A stretch of DNA of 64,000 bases from Candidatus Gemmiger stercorigallinarum. Lineage in GTDB: Bacteria; Bacillota; Clostridia; Oscillospirales; Ruminococcaceae. Both the position numbers and the translations under genes were made by a program. The stretch is from contig DWWX01000020.1 of the NCBI GenBank assembly GCA_019119495.1, positions 57,738 through 121,737 of the forward strand. The letters run 5' to 3'. Under the pieces are notes generated by a model that was given only the letters and a program-made list of their open reading frames with translations, did no database searches and was not told the origin of the DNA. Shown here piece by piece: positions 11,941-23,448 of this stretch (positions within the stretch are counted from its first letter, which is position 1; every line of letters begins with the position of its first letter).

Positions 11941-12550
11941 CAGCACCGCCCTTTACGCCTTTGACGCCGAACAGCGCGCCGCCCACGGTGTTGTCTGCGG
12001 CGTGGACGAGGCGGGGCGCGGCCCTTTGTGCGGGCCGGTCTGCTGCGCGGCGGTGATCCTGGACCCGGCCAACCCGGTGGAGGGGGTCAACGACTCGAAA
12101 AAGCTGACCGAAAAGCGCCGGGAGGCCCTCTATGAGGAGATCACCCAAAAGGCGCTGGCCTGGCAGGTGGTCTTTGTCTCCCCGCAGGAGATCGACGAGA
12201 AAAACATCCTTTGGGCAACCATGGACGGCATGGCCCGCGCGGTGGCGGCGCTGGACCCTGCGCCGGACTATGTGCTGGTGGACGGCAACCGCTGCCCGCC
12301 CGGCATACAGCAGCCCAGCCGGGCGGTGGTCAAGGGGGACGCCGGCAGCGCATCCATCGCGGCGGCGTCCATCCTGGCCAAAGTCAGCCGGGACCGGTAT
12401 ATGCTGGAGCTGGACAAACAGTATCCCCAGTACCAGCTGGCCAAACACAAGGGCTACCCCACCAAGCTGCACTACGAGCTGATCGAACGGTACGGCATCC
12501 AGCCGTTTTACCGGCGCAGTTTTTTGAAAAAGCAGGGGTACTGGCCATGA
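11924..12550 (+). CDS. rnhB: Ribonuclease HII
   Basis: [37 protein letters not shown]. Confidence 0.96.
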   Translation: MPRKSDSTALYAFDAEQRAAHGVVCGVDEAGRGPLCGPVCCAAVILDPANPVEGVNDSKKLTEKRREALYEEITQKALAWQVVFVSPQEIDEKNILWATMDGMARAVAALDPAPDYVLVDGNRCPPGIQQPSRAVVKGDAGSASIAAASILAKVSRDRYMLELDKQYPQYQLAKHKGYPTKLHYELIERYGIQPFYRRSFLKKQGYWP

Positions 12551-12900
12551 GCGGCGTCCTGGGCCATACCGGCGAGGCTGTGGCCGCCAAGTATTACATC
12601 CAGCGCGGCTACCTGCTGCTCAACCACAACTACCGCACCCGCATGGGGGAGCTGGACCTGATTTTGTATAAGGACGGCGGCGTTGTTTTTGCCGAGGTCA
12701 AGACCCGTACCCGCAGCGATTTTGCCCGCCCGGCCGAGGCGGTGGACTTCCGCAAACAGCAGCGGCTGATCGCTGCGGCAAAGCTCTACCTGCAAAACAG
12801 CCCTTACGCCGACGCCCCCGCCCGCTTTGACGTGGTGGAGGTGGAACCGGCGGCCGGCGGCTGGCGGGTGCATTGCATCGAAAACGCATTTTCCTGCTGA
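12547..12900 (+). CDS. YraN (UPF0102) family endonuclease-like protein
   Basis: [36 protein letters not shown]; ATGA overlap with rnhB. Confidence 0.9.
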   Translation: MSGVLGHTGEAVAAKYYIQRGYLLLNHNYRTRMGELDLILYKDGGVVFAEVKTRTRSDFARPAEAVDFRKQQRLIAAAKLYLQNSPYADAPARFDVVEVEPAAGGWRVHCIENAFSC

Positions 12901-12965
12901 ACATACCATATTGGGATCAAAACCGGCGTGCCCGCAGGCGCGCACAAACAGGAAGGGTGGTACCT

Positions 12966-14414
12966 ATGGAGTATCAAAGCACACGCGGCGGCAGCACCGG
13001 CGTTTCGGCGGCTGAAGCCATTGTACGCGGCCTTGCGCCGGACGGCGGCCTGTATGTGCCGGCGGCCTTCCCCAAGGCGGATTTGGATGCCTGGCGCAGC
13101 CTTTCTTACCCTGAACTGGCCGCCAAAGTGGTTGGCAGTTTTTTGACGGACTATGATCCGGCCTTTTTGCAGGCTGCCGCTGCCGACACCTACGGCGACG
13201 CCTTTGGCGGCAGGGCGGGCCATGTGGAACAGGTCCGCGGCGGCCTCTACGCGCTGGAACTGTGGCACGGCCCCACCTGCGCCTTCAAGGATTACGCCCT
13301 GCAGCTGATGCCCAAGCTGCTGGTGCAGGGCAAAAAGAACCTGCACCGCACCGAGACCACCCGCATCCTGGTGGCGACCTCCGGCGATACCGGCAAGGCG
13401 GCTTTGGCCGGCTATGCGGGGCTGGAGGGCATCCAGATCGCGGTGTTCTATCCCAATGCCGGCACCAGCGAGATCCAGCGCCTGCAGATGGCCACCCAGC
13501 AGGGGGATAACGTGGCGGTGTTCGCGGTGGACGGCAACTTTGACGACGCCCAGACCGGCGTCAAGCGCGTCTTTGCCGACGCGGATGTGGCGGCGCAGCT
13601 GGAAGCGCGGGGCATCCGGCTCTCCAGCGCCAACTCCATCAACTGGGGCCGCCTGGTGCCGCAGATCGTCTATTACTTCTATACCTACTTCCGCCTGGCG
13701 GAGACCGGCGCCATGGCCTGGGGGCAGACGGTGGACTTCTGCGTTCCCACCGGAAACTTCGGCGACATCCTGGCCGGCTACTACGCCAAGCGCATGGGCC
13801 TGCCGGTGGGCAGGCTGGTCTGCGCCTCCAACGAGAACAACGTCCTGACCGATTTTATCCGCACTGGCACGTACGACGCCCGCCGCGCCTTCCACAAGAC
13901 GGCGTCGCCGTCCATGGACATCTTGATCTCCAGCAACCTGGAGCGGCTGCTTTACCATGTTTCCGGCAGCGCCGAAAAGGTCGCCGGCTGGATGGGCCAG
14001 CTTGCCGCCGAGGGGCGCTACACGGTGGACGCCGGGACGCTGGCCGCCATCCAGGAGAGTTTCGGCTGCGGCTGGGCCGATGACGCCCAGGGCGCCGAGG
14101 AGATCCGTACCCGCTTTGAGCAGGACCATTACCTCTGCGACACCCACACCGCCGTGGCCTTCCGGGTGGCGGACGACTGCCGCGGAACCGCGCCGATGGT
14201 GGTGCTGTCCACCGCCAGCCCCTTCAAGTTCCCGCGGGACGTGCTGCGCGCTTTGGGCGGCGATGTGCCGGAAAGCGATTTTGACGCCATGGATGCGCTG
14301 ACCGCCAAGACTGGCTGCCAGGCCCCTGCGGCACTGGCCGAGCTGAAGACCCGGCCCGTCCGCTTTACCGAGACCATCGCCCCCGGCGCCATCCGCGACG
14401 CGGCCCTGCGGTAA
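12966..14414 (+). CDS. thrC: Threonine synthase
   Basis: YQSTRG, GLAPDGGLYVP, LELWHGPTCAFKD, ATSGDTG, SANSINWGR, VPTGNFG. Confidence 0.95.
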   Translation: MEYQSTRGGSTGVSAAEAIVRGLAPDGGLYVPAAFPKADLDAWRSLSYPELAAKVVGSFLTDYDPAFLQAAAADTYGDAFGGRAGHVEQVRGGLYALELWHGPTCAFKDYALQLMPKLLVQGKKNLHRTETTRILVATSGDTGKAALAGYAGLEGIQIAVFYPNAGTSEIQRLQMATQQGDNVAVFAVDGNFDDAQTGVKRVFADADVAAQLEARGIRLSSANSINWGRLVPQIVYYFYTYFRLAETGAMAWGQTVDFCVPTGNFGDILAGYYAKRMGLPVGRLVCASNENNVLTDFIRTGTYDARRAFHKTASPSMDILISSNLERLLYHVSGSAEKVAGWMGQLAAEGRYTVDAGTLAAIQESFGCGWADDAQGAEEIRTRFEQDHYLCDTHTAVAFRVADDCRGTAPMVVLSTASPFKFPRDVLRALGGDVPESDFDAMDALTAKTGCQAPAALAELKTRPVRFTETIAPGAIRDAALR

Positions 14415-14435
14415 GCCGCGGGCCTGCCCCGGCGC

Positions 14436-14503
14436 AAAAAAACGGACTTTTCCGCCCGATGTCGCCCCGCTTTAAAAGGGCGTCGTCAGCCGGAAAAGCC
14501 CGT
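14436..14503. terminator. Hairpin between convergent thrC and DUF1540 genes
   Basis: ACGGACTTTTCCG...CGGAAAAGCCCGT with A-tract on the left. Confidence 0.5.
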
Positions 14504-14526
14504 GCAGATGCCGGCGCAGGGATGCG

Positions 14527-14691
14527 TCAGATCTCCGAGAAGGTCTCGCACATCGTCTCGCAGGGCTGGGCGCTGCGGTTCTTCACGTGGATCTCCTTGG
14601 CGGTGCAGCAGCAGGAACCGTTGTTGTACACGCAGTTTTCCACGTCGCAGCAGATGCCGTTGATGACGTTGTTTTCGACATTGTGATTCAT
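14527..14691 (-). CDS. Small Cys-rich DUF1540-family protein (54 aa; absent from ORF track)
   Basis: MNHNVENNVINGICCDVENCVYNNGSCCCTAKEIHVKNRSAQPCETMCETFSEI; C.V.NC.YN...CTA..I.V...T.C.TF pattern; GAAAGGAGG RBS. Confidence 0.85.
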   Translation of the reverse strand: MNHNVENNVINGICCDVENCVYNNGSCCCTAKEIHVKNRSAQPCETMCETFSEI

Positions 14692-14716
14692 GGTCTGTCG
14701 GCCTCCTTTCTGCCGC

Positions 14717-14746
14717 TATTGTGCGCAGGGGGCATGCGGCCTATTC
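14717..14746 (-). promoter_or_regulatory. Putative sigG (forespore) promoter
   Basis: GAATA-18 nt-CACAATA on minus strand, fits GHATA-N17/18-CAxxxTA. Confidence 0.5.
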
Positions 14747-14757
14747 GGGAGGGATGT

Positions 14758-15441
14758 ATGGCAATTTTTGCAATCGGGGATCTGCACCTCTCGCTGGGCG
14801 GCAGCAAGCCAATGGACATTTTCCCCGGCTGGGAAGGATACCTGCCCAAGCTGGAAGCCAACTGGCGCAGACTCATCGCCCCCGACGACACGGTGGTGCT
14901 GGTGGGGGATACCAGCTGGGCCATGAACCTAAAGGATACAAAGGCGGACTTTGCGTTTATCGAAAGCCTGCCCGGCCAGAAATGGATCTTGAAAGGCAAC
15001 CACGACTACTGGTGGACCACCCGCGCCAAGATGGACCGTTTTTTGCAGGAAAACGGCTTTACCAGCCTGCATATCCTGCACAACAATGCTTGCGTGGCGG
15101 ATGGTGTGGCGCTGTGCGGCAGCCGGGGCTGGCCTTTTGACGACGCCTCCGCCCAGGACGCCAAGGTCATGGCCAGAGAGGCCGGCCGCCTGCGCATGTC
15201 GCTGGCCGCCGGCGGTGACGGCGAAAAATGGGCGTTTCTGCATTACCCGCCGGTCTACCCCGGCGCCTGCGCCCGCGAGCTGGTGGACGTGCTGCACGAG
15301 TTCGGCGTGACCCGCTGCTGGTACGGCCATCTGCACGGCAAAGCCATCCACTATGCGGTGCAGGGCGAGCAGGAGGGCATCCGCTACCGGCTGGTATCCG
15401 CCGACGGCATCGGCTTTTGCCCCATGAAGATCCGCGGCTGA
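14758..15441 (+). CDS. Metallophosphoesterase (calcineurin-like)
   Basis: GDLH, GD.SW, GNHD, HYPP, YGHLH. Confidence 0.9.
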   Translation: MAIFAIGDLHLSLGGSKPMDIFPGWEGYLPKLEANWRRLIAPDDTVVLVGDTSWAMNLKDTKADFAFIESLPGQKWILKGNHDYWWTTRAKMDRFLQENGFTSLHILHNNACVADGVALCGSRGWPFDDASAQDAKVMAREAGRLRMSLAAGGDGEKWAFLHYPPVYPGACARELVDVLHEFGVTRCWYGHLHGKAIHYAVQGEQEGIRYRLVSADGIGFCPMKIRG

Positions 15442-15538
15442 GCGCAAAAATGCACGAAAATTTTGCATTTCCCTATGGCATTCTGCTGATTCGTATGCTA
15501 TAATACCTTGTACTGCTATGTTTGGAGGAGTGTTCTCA

Positions 15539-16855
15539 ATGAACCTGATTTCTTGTGAAAAGCTCGAAAAAAGCATGGTCGAGCTTCAGTTTTCTATTGA
15601 TGCCGAGACCTTTAAGAACGCTGTGAATGCGGCGTTCAAGCGCGAGGGCAAAAAGTACAACGTGCCCGGCTTCCGCCGCGGCAAGGCTCCGCGCCACATG
15701 ATCGAGAAGCTGTACGGCGCCGAGGTCTTCCACTATGACGCTGTCAACGATCTGTTCCCGGCCGAGTACGAGGCCGCTGTCAAGGCAGCCGGCATCGAGG
15801 TCGTCGGCGCCCCTGAGCCGGAAGTCGTTTCGATGAACGAGACCGACGGCGCTACCCTCAAGGTCAAGGTCGCCGTCAAGCCGGAGGTCACCCTGGGCGA
15901 CTATGCCGGTTTGAGCGTCACCAAAAAGGTCCATACTGTCAAGGACAGCGCCGTGGACGCCGAGCTGGCCCGCATGCAGGACCGCAACGGCCGTCTGCTG
16001 ACCCGTGAGGGCGCTGCCGAGAACGGCGATACCGTCGATATCGACTTCGAGGGCTTTGTGGACGGCGTTGCCTTTGAGGGCGGCAAGGCTGAGCATTATT
16101 CCCTGGTGCTGGGCAGCAACTCCTTCATCCCCGGTTTCGAGGATCAGGTCGTCGGCCATGCCGCCGGCGAGGAGTTCGACGTCAATGTCACCTTCCCGGA
16201 GCAGTACCAGGCCGAGGAGCTGGCCGGCAAGGCTGCCGTCTTTAAGATCAAGCTGCACGAGGTCAAGTACAAGGAACTGCCGGAGCTGGATGACGACTTT
16301 GCCAAGGACGTCAGCGAGTACGACACCCTGGACGAGCTGAAGGCCTCCATCCGCAAGGGCATGGAGGACAACGCCGACCGCAGCGCCGACCAGCAGGTCG
16401 AAAACGACCTGATCGAGCAGGTGGTCAACGGCATGCAGGCCGAGATCCCTCAGGCCATGTACGACAGCCGTGTGGACGAGCTGGTGCGCGATTTCGAGTA
16501 CCGCATGTCCCAGCAGGGCCTGAAGATGGATATGTACCTGCAGTACATGGGCATGACCATGGAGCAGCTGCGCGGCCAGTTTGCCGAGCAGGCCGAAAAG
16601 CAGGTCAAGATGCGCCTGGCGATGGAAGCCATCGTCGCCAAGGAGAACATTACCGTCTCTGACGAGGAGTTCGACGCCGAGGTCAAGCGCATCGCCGACG
16701 CCTACAAGATGGAGGAGGACAAGGTCCGCAGCATTGTGGATGCCGACGCCGTCAAGCAGGATCTGGCCGTGAACAAAGCCATCGACTTTGTCAAGGAAAA
16801 AGCCAACGTCACCACCGAGCAGGTGGATGACAGCACGGACAACGAAAACGCCTGA
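15539..16855 (+). CDS. tig: Trigger factor
   Basis: PGFRRGKAP signature, FKBP domain FIPGFE; TGnTATAAT upstream. Confidence 0.97.
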   Translation: MNLISCEKLEKSMVELQFSIDAETFKNAVNAAFKREGKKYNVPGFRRGKAPRHMIEKLYGAEVFHYDAVNDLFPAEYEAAVKAAGIEVVGAPEPEVVSMNETDGATLKVKVAVKPEVTLGDYAGLSVTKKVHTVKDSAVDAELARMQDRNGRLLTREGAAENGDTVDIDFEGFVDGVAFEGGKAEHYSLVLGSNSFIPGFEDQVVGHAAGEEFDVNVTFPEQYQAEELAGKAAVFKIKLHEVKYKELPELDDDFAKDVSEYDTLDELKASIRKGMEDNADRSADQQVENDLIEQVVNGMQAEIPQAMYDSRVDELVRDFEYRMSQQGLKMDMYLQYMGMTMEQLRGQFAEQAEKQVKMRLAMEAIVAKENITVSDEEFDAEVKRIADAYKMEEDKVRSIVDADAVKQDLAVNKAIDFVKEKANVTTEQVDDSTDNENA

Positions 16856-17014
16856 AATGCCAGCCTGAGCCGCTGACACCAGGGCAGGAACGAAACCGAT
16901 ACGGTGCAAAGGAAGCAGCTTTATGCAAGCGTTTGAATTGCCGCCGTATCGGTTCGTTTATCCGGTATTTGTCTGCAAGCCCAATCAGAAAATTTTATAC
17001 AGGAGGGGACTACC

Positions 17015-17611
17015 ATGAGCCTTGTACCGTATGTTGTGGAGCAGACCGCGCGCGGCGAGCGCAGCTACGATATTTTTTCGCGCCTGCTCAATGACCGCAT
17101 CATCGTTTTGAGCGAGGACGTCAACTCGACCTCTGCCAGCGTCGTTGTGGCGCAGCTGTTGTATCTGGAGGGCCAGGACCCCGAAAAGGACATCAGCTTC
17201 TACATCAACAGCCCTGGCGGCTCCATCAGCGATGGTATGGCCATCCATGACACCATGAAGTATATCAAGTGCGACGTGTCCACCATCTGCGTGGGCATGG
17301 CGGCGTCCATGGGCGCATTCCTGCTGGCCAGCGGCACCAAGGGCAAGCGGTTCGCGCTGCCCAACGCCGAGATCTTGATCCACCAGCCGCTGATCGGCGG
17401 CCAGGGCGGCGGGCTTTCCGGCCAGGCCACCGACATCAAGATCCACGCCGACCACATGGTCTTTGTCAAGAACCGCATGAACCAGATGCTGAGCGAGTAT
17501 ACCGGCCAGCCGCTGGAGGTCGTGCAGCGCGATACCGAGCGCGACAACTATATGACCGCCCAGCAGGCCAAGGATTACGGCCTGATCGACGCGATCATCT
17601 CGAAACACTAA
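17015..17611 (+). CDS. clpP: ClpP protease subunit
   Basis: [34 protein letters not shown]. Confidence 0.97.
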   Translation: MSLVPYVVEQTARGERSYDIFSRLLNDRIIVLSEDVNSTSASVVVAQLLYLEGQDPEKDISFYINSPGGSISDGMAIHDTMKYIKCDVSTICVGMAASMGAFLLASGTKGKRFALPNAEILIHQPLIGGQGGGLSGQATDIKIHADHMVFVKNRMNQMLSEYTGQPLEVVQRDTERDNYMTAQQAKDYGLIDAIISKH

Positions 17612-17626
17612 CCACGGGGGCTGGAA

Positions 17627-18973
17627 ATGGCAAATAACAATTCCGGCAAGGACGGAAAAGAACGTGAACTGATCTGCAATTTCTGCGGGCGTTCCCAGAA
17701 CCAGGTCGAGCAGCTGATCATCGGCCCGGGCGTGAACATCTGCAAAGACTGCATCGATATGTGCTACAACGTGCTGTACAAGGGCGAGGACCGCCCCGCG
17801 CCGCCCCGCGCCAATGCACAGCGCCGCAGCCGCACCCCGCGCCCCAGCACCGACCCGCTGGCCGATGTGAACATCCTGACACCCGCCGAGATCAAAGACG
17901 GGCTGGACCAGTATGTCATCGGCCAGGACGAGGCAAAAAAAGTGCTGGCGGTGTCGGTCTACAACCATTACAAGCGCATTTTGTCCGGCCGCGAGAGCGA
18001 CGTGGAGCTGCAAAAGTCCAACGTGCTGATGCTTGGCCCGTCCGGTACCGGCAAGACGCTGCTGGCCCAGACACTGGCAAAAATGCTGGGGGTGCCCTTC
18101 GCCATTGCGGACGCCACCACACTGACCGAGGCCGGCTACGTGGGCGAGGACGTGGAGAACATCCTGCTCAAGCTGATCCAGGCGGCGGACTACGACATCC
18201 CCAAGGCGGAGGTCGGCATCATCTACATTGATGAGATCGACAAGATCACCCGCAAGAGCGAAAACCCCTCCATCACCCGCGACGTGGGCGGCGAGGGCGT
18301 TCAGCAGGCGCTTTTGAAGATCCTGGAAGGCACCGTCAGCAACGTACCGCCCCAGGGCGGCCGCAAGCATCCGCAGCAGGAGTTCATCCAGATCAACACC
18401 AGGAACATCCTGTTCATCTGCGGCGGCGCGTTTGACGGCCTGGAAAAGCTGATCCAGAAACGCACCGACAACGCCACCATGGGTTTTGGCAGCCAGCTGC
18501 GCGCCAACATCGACAAGGACGAGACCCGCCAGAAGCTGCTGCGCCGGGTGGAGCCGGACGATCTGGTCAAATTCGGCCTGATCCCGGAGCTGATCGGCCG
18601 CCTGCCGGTGGTCACGGTGCTGGACCCGCTGGACGAGGACGCCATGATCCGCGTGCTGACCGAGCCGAAAAACAGCATTGTGCGCCAGTACCGCGAGTTG
18701 TTCCAGCTGGACAACGCCGAGCTGGACTTCACCGACGCGGCGCTGCACGCCATCGCCAAAAAGACCATCCAGCGCAAGAGCGGTGCCCGCGGCCTGCGCA
18801 GCGTGGTGGAGGAACTGCTGATCCCCATCATGTACGAGATCCCTTCCGACCCCACCATCATCCGCGTCACCATCGACGAGGACACGGTGGAGGGCGGCAA
18901 GCCCCATCTCGAATATGGCGCGGTGCGCAAACGCTACAAAAACCAGAACCAGCTGCCGCCGGTGCAGTATTGA
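17627..18973 (+). CDS. clpX: ClpX ATPase
   Basis: C4 zinc finger, [28 protein letters not shown] loop, GARGLR. Confidence 0.97.
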   Translation: MANNNSGKDGKERELICNFCGRSQNQVEQLIIGPGVNICKDCIDMCYNVLYKGEDRPAPPRANAQRRSRTPRPSTDPLADVNILTPAEIKDGLDQYVIGQDEAKKVLAVSVYNHYKRILSGRESDVELQKSNVLMLGPSGTGKTLLAQTLAKMLGVPFAIADATTLTEAGYVGEDVENILLKLIQAADYDIPKAEVGIIYIDEIDKITRKSENPSITRDVGGEGVQQALLKILEGTVSNVPPQGGRKHPQQEFIQINTRNILFICGGAFDGLEKLIQKRTDNATMGFGSQLRANIDKDETRQKLLRRVEPDDLVKFGLIPELIGRLPVVTVLDPLDEDAMIRVLTEPKNSIVRQYRELFQLDNAELDFTDAALHAIAKKTIQRKSGARGLRSVVEELLIPIMYEIPSDPTIIRVTIDEDTVEGGKPHLEYGAVRKRYKNQNQLPPVQY

Positions 18974-18994
18974 CGCTGCGGCAGTACAATAACA

Positions 18995-19040
18995 CTGCAA
19001 AAGGCACGGACGTAAAAAAAGCGTCCGTGCTTTTTTGCAG
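18995..19040 (+). terminator. Intrinsic terminator after clpX
   Basis: GCACGGACG...CGTCCGTGC-TTTTTT. Confidence 0.8.
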
Positions 19041-19327
19041 CCTTGTCCGCCGTGCGCTAAATTGGCGGCGTCCGACCCGGAGTGCCAAACCGTGTCTTTT
19101 GCGGCGAAAAATGCGCGGAACAGCCCCGTGCGCAGTGCGGATCTGCCCCCGATGCAAGGCGCGGCCAAGGGGGAAAACGCGCCGCGAGCGGCTGCATGAA
19201 GCGCCGGCGGAAAGGCTCCTTCCGGCGGAAAACGGCGGGGCAGGCACGCAAAAATCCGGGAAATCGGCGCTGTAAAGCGCAAAAAATGAAATTCACAAAA
19301 AATTTATACTTTTTTTGCTTTCGGGGC

Positions 19328-19356
19328 TTGATTTTTGCCGGGCAAATGACTACAAT
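19328..19356 (+). promoter_or_regulatory. SigA promoter of groESL
   Basis: TTGATT-17 nt-TACAAT. Confidence 0.75.
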
Positions 19357-19364
19357 ATATCATG

Positions 19365-19391
19365 TTAGCAGTCAAGATAAACGAGTGCTAA
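19365..19391 (+). promoter_or_regulatory. CIRCE element (HrcA operator)
   Basis: TTAGCAGTC-N9-GAGTGCTAA, one mismatch to TTAGCACTC-N9-GAGTGCTAA. Confidence 0.92.
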
Positions 19392-19411
19392 ATCACCAAG
19401 TTTCCATTTGA

Positions 19412-21391
<1,980 letters not shown>

Positions 21392-21427
21392 GCGCGTCCA
21401 GTCACCCGCTGACACAACCGGATACCC

Positions 21428-21463
21428 CAAGAGGCCGGAGCCTGATGGCTCTGGCCTCTTTTT
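21428..21463 (+). terminator. Intrinsic terminator after groEL
   Basis: AAGAGGCCGGAGC...GCTCTGGCCTCTTTTT. Confidence 0.8.
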
Positions 21464-21837
21464 GTGTCCCGAAAACTGCCCGCCAGGAGAGCGGTTGCAA
21501 GATATATGTTTTTGTCAAGCAAAAATGTTTGCGTACTGTTAAATTAGCCGGAACCGGTATGCGGCGGGCAGAAAAGCGGCAGGAGCCGTCCGACGAAAAG
21601 CGGTCGGGGCAGAATTTTCGAGGTCTGATTGCCGTGCTGGCCTGGGGATGCGACGCAACCCAAAACGCGCCCCCGGCAGGAGGCAGAGGACGGCGCCGCC
21701 GCATAGGATGGCAGGGATATCCCGCACTTGCAATGCCGGCAAAAACTTGGTATCCTTGTATGGTAAAAGATAAACACTGTGTCCAAACGTCGGGCGGCAG
21801 GGCCGGCGGTGTTGCGGCAAAAACGGAGGTGGCAGCC

Positions 21838-22782
21838 TTGGCAAAAATCAGATCCTGGCAGATTTTGGCGGCGGGGTCGGCGGCGCTGTTCGCGGCCGAG
21901 TGGGGGCTTACCAATATTGTGGTCAAACCCCGCCAGCAGCTGGACAACCGGGACGCCTGCAAGAAAGAATTGGCTCTGTCCGGCCTTACCCTGGCCGATT
22001 GGGAGAAAAACTGGGACCGGCAGGATTTTACCCTGAAAAGCCGCTACGGGTACCGGCTGCGCGGCGCGGTGATCCCCCGCGACCCGGCGGCAAAACCCGC
22101 GGATGGCCGCACCCGCGTGGTGGTGATCGTGCACGGCCATGGCGAAAACCTGATCTCCAGCCTGAAATACGCGGCCATCTTCCGGCAGCTGGGCTTTGCG
22201 TGCATCGTTTACGACCAGCGCAACCATGGCGCGTCCGACAAGGCCCTGACCACCATGGGCCGGCGGGAAGCGGACGACCTTGCCACAGTCTGCGCCTGGG
22301 CACGGAAAAAATACGGCAAAAGCTGCCTGCTGGGCACCCACGGCGAGTCGATGGGCGCAGCCACCGTCATGCTGCACAGCGCCATGGACCGCCATCTGGC
22401 CTTTGTCATTGAGGACTGCGGCTATTCCAGCCTGAAAAAGCAGCTGGCCTGGGTGATGAAAACGCGGTATCACCTGCCGCCGTCGGTGCTTTTGTACCCC
22501 TGCATGGCGGTGGCCTGGCTGCGCACCGGCGTGCGGTTTTCCAAGGTGGAGCCGGCGGAAGCGGTGGCCCGCAGCGGCGATACCCCCATGCTGTTCATCC
22601 ACGGCGACGCCGACACCTACGTGCCCTATTGGATGCTGCAGGAAAACTACGATGCCAAGCGCACCGGCCCGCGGCGCAAGGCGGTGTTTGCCGGCGCAGC
22701 CCACGCCATGAGCTGCCTGTCCGACCCGGCGCGCTACCGGCAGGTGATCGAAGAATTTTTGCGCGACAACCATGTGCTTTGA
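21838..22782 (+). CDS. Alpha/beta hydrolase (YqkD-like)
   Basis: VHG, DQRNHGAS, HGESMG nucleophile elbow, IHGDAD, AH; TTG start after GGAGGT. Confidence 0.85.
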   Translation: MAKIRSWQILAAGSAALFAAEWGLTNIVVKPRQQLDNRDACKKELALSGLTLADWEKNWDRQDFTLKSRYGYRLRGAVIPRDPAAKPADGRTRVVVIVHGHGENLISSLKYAAIFRQLGFACIVYDQRNHGASDKALTTMGRREADDLATVCAWARKKYGKSCLLGTHGESMGAATVMLHSAMDRHLAFVIEDCGYSSLKKQLAWVMKTRYHLPPSVLLYPCMAVAWLRTGVRFSKVEPAEAVARSGDTPMLFIHGDADTYVPYWMLQENYDAKRTGPRRKAVFAGAAHAMSCLSDPARYRQVIEEFLRDNHVL

Positions 22783-22816
22783 CCGGCAAGAGCAAACCGG
22801 AAGGAAGGCGGGCGGC

Positions 22817-23320
22817 ATGAAAAAGTGGATTTTTCTGGCCATGATGCTGGGGGTTATGGCGGTCATTTTTGTGCTGTCCGCCCAGCCGGGGGAGCAGTCC
22901 TATGCACTGTCCGCCCAGCTGGCGCAGCAGCTCCAGCAGGAGGATATGGCCCAGGCCGCGCCCGGCTGGTTCAGTGCCGATTTCCATGCCAACCTGCGCA
23001 AGTGGGCGCATGTGTGGCTGTACTGCCTGCTGGGGATTACCGCCGGGCTGGCAGCCTGCGGCTTTTTGTACCCTGGGGCCGGGCGGCCGGCAAAGCGGCT
23101 GCTGCGCTGCGCGGGGGCGGCGCTGGCGGTCTGCCTGCTGTATGCTGCCGGTGATGAGCTGCACCAGTATTTTGTCCCCGGCAGGGCCTGCCTGGCCACG
23201 GACATTTTGGTGGACGCGCTGGGGTTTGCCCCCTGCGTGCTGGCGGTCTGCGGCCTTTGGCACTGGCTGGCCTGCCGCCGTGCCCGGCGCCGGCAGACCG
23301 GGGACCCGAACGCAGGATAG
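22817..23320 (+). CDS. VanZ family membrane protein
   Basis: IFVLSAQPGEQS, LRKWAH, YAAGDELHQYFVPGR, DILVD. Confidence 0.9.
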   Translation: MKKWIFLAMMLGVMAVIFVLSAQPGEQSYALSAQLAQQLQQEDMAQAAPGWFSADFHANLRKWAHVWLYCLLGITAGLAACGFLYPGAGRPAKRLLRCAGAALAVCLLYAAGDELHQYFVPGRACLATDILVDALGFAPCVLAVCGLWHWLACRRARRRQTGDPNAG

Positions 23321-23345
23321 CAGGATAAACGTAGAACAAACGCGG

Positions 23346-23381
23346 CGTCCGGGGGCATAGCCCCCGGACGTATGTTTTTTG
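23346..23381 (+). terminator. Terminator after VanZ gene
   Basis: CGTCCGGGGGC-ATA-GCCCCCGGACG-TATGTTTTTT. Confidence 0.7.
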
Positions 23382-23448
23382 CGGTTCCGGGCAGACTGTA
23401 CAAAGAGGAAAAGACATCTTTGTACAAATAGCGGAAGGGGGAACACGC

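Noticed and set aside
19041-19320. Short ORFs and GC-rich spacers after clpX (also 3730-3870, 21465-21720)
   Set aside because: No RBS, coding bias or shared repeat unit recognised.
21445-21837. N-terminal extensions in the ORF track (also lysA, thrC, alaS, rarA, EFR1, YraN)
   Set aside because: Strong RBS-linked downstream starts match family lengths; extensions cross terminators, promoters or the T-box.
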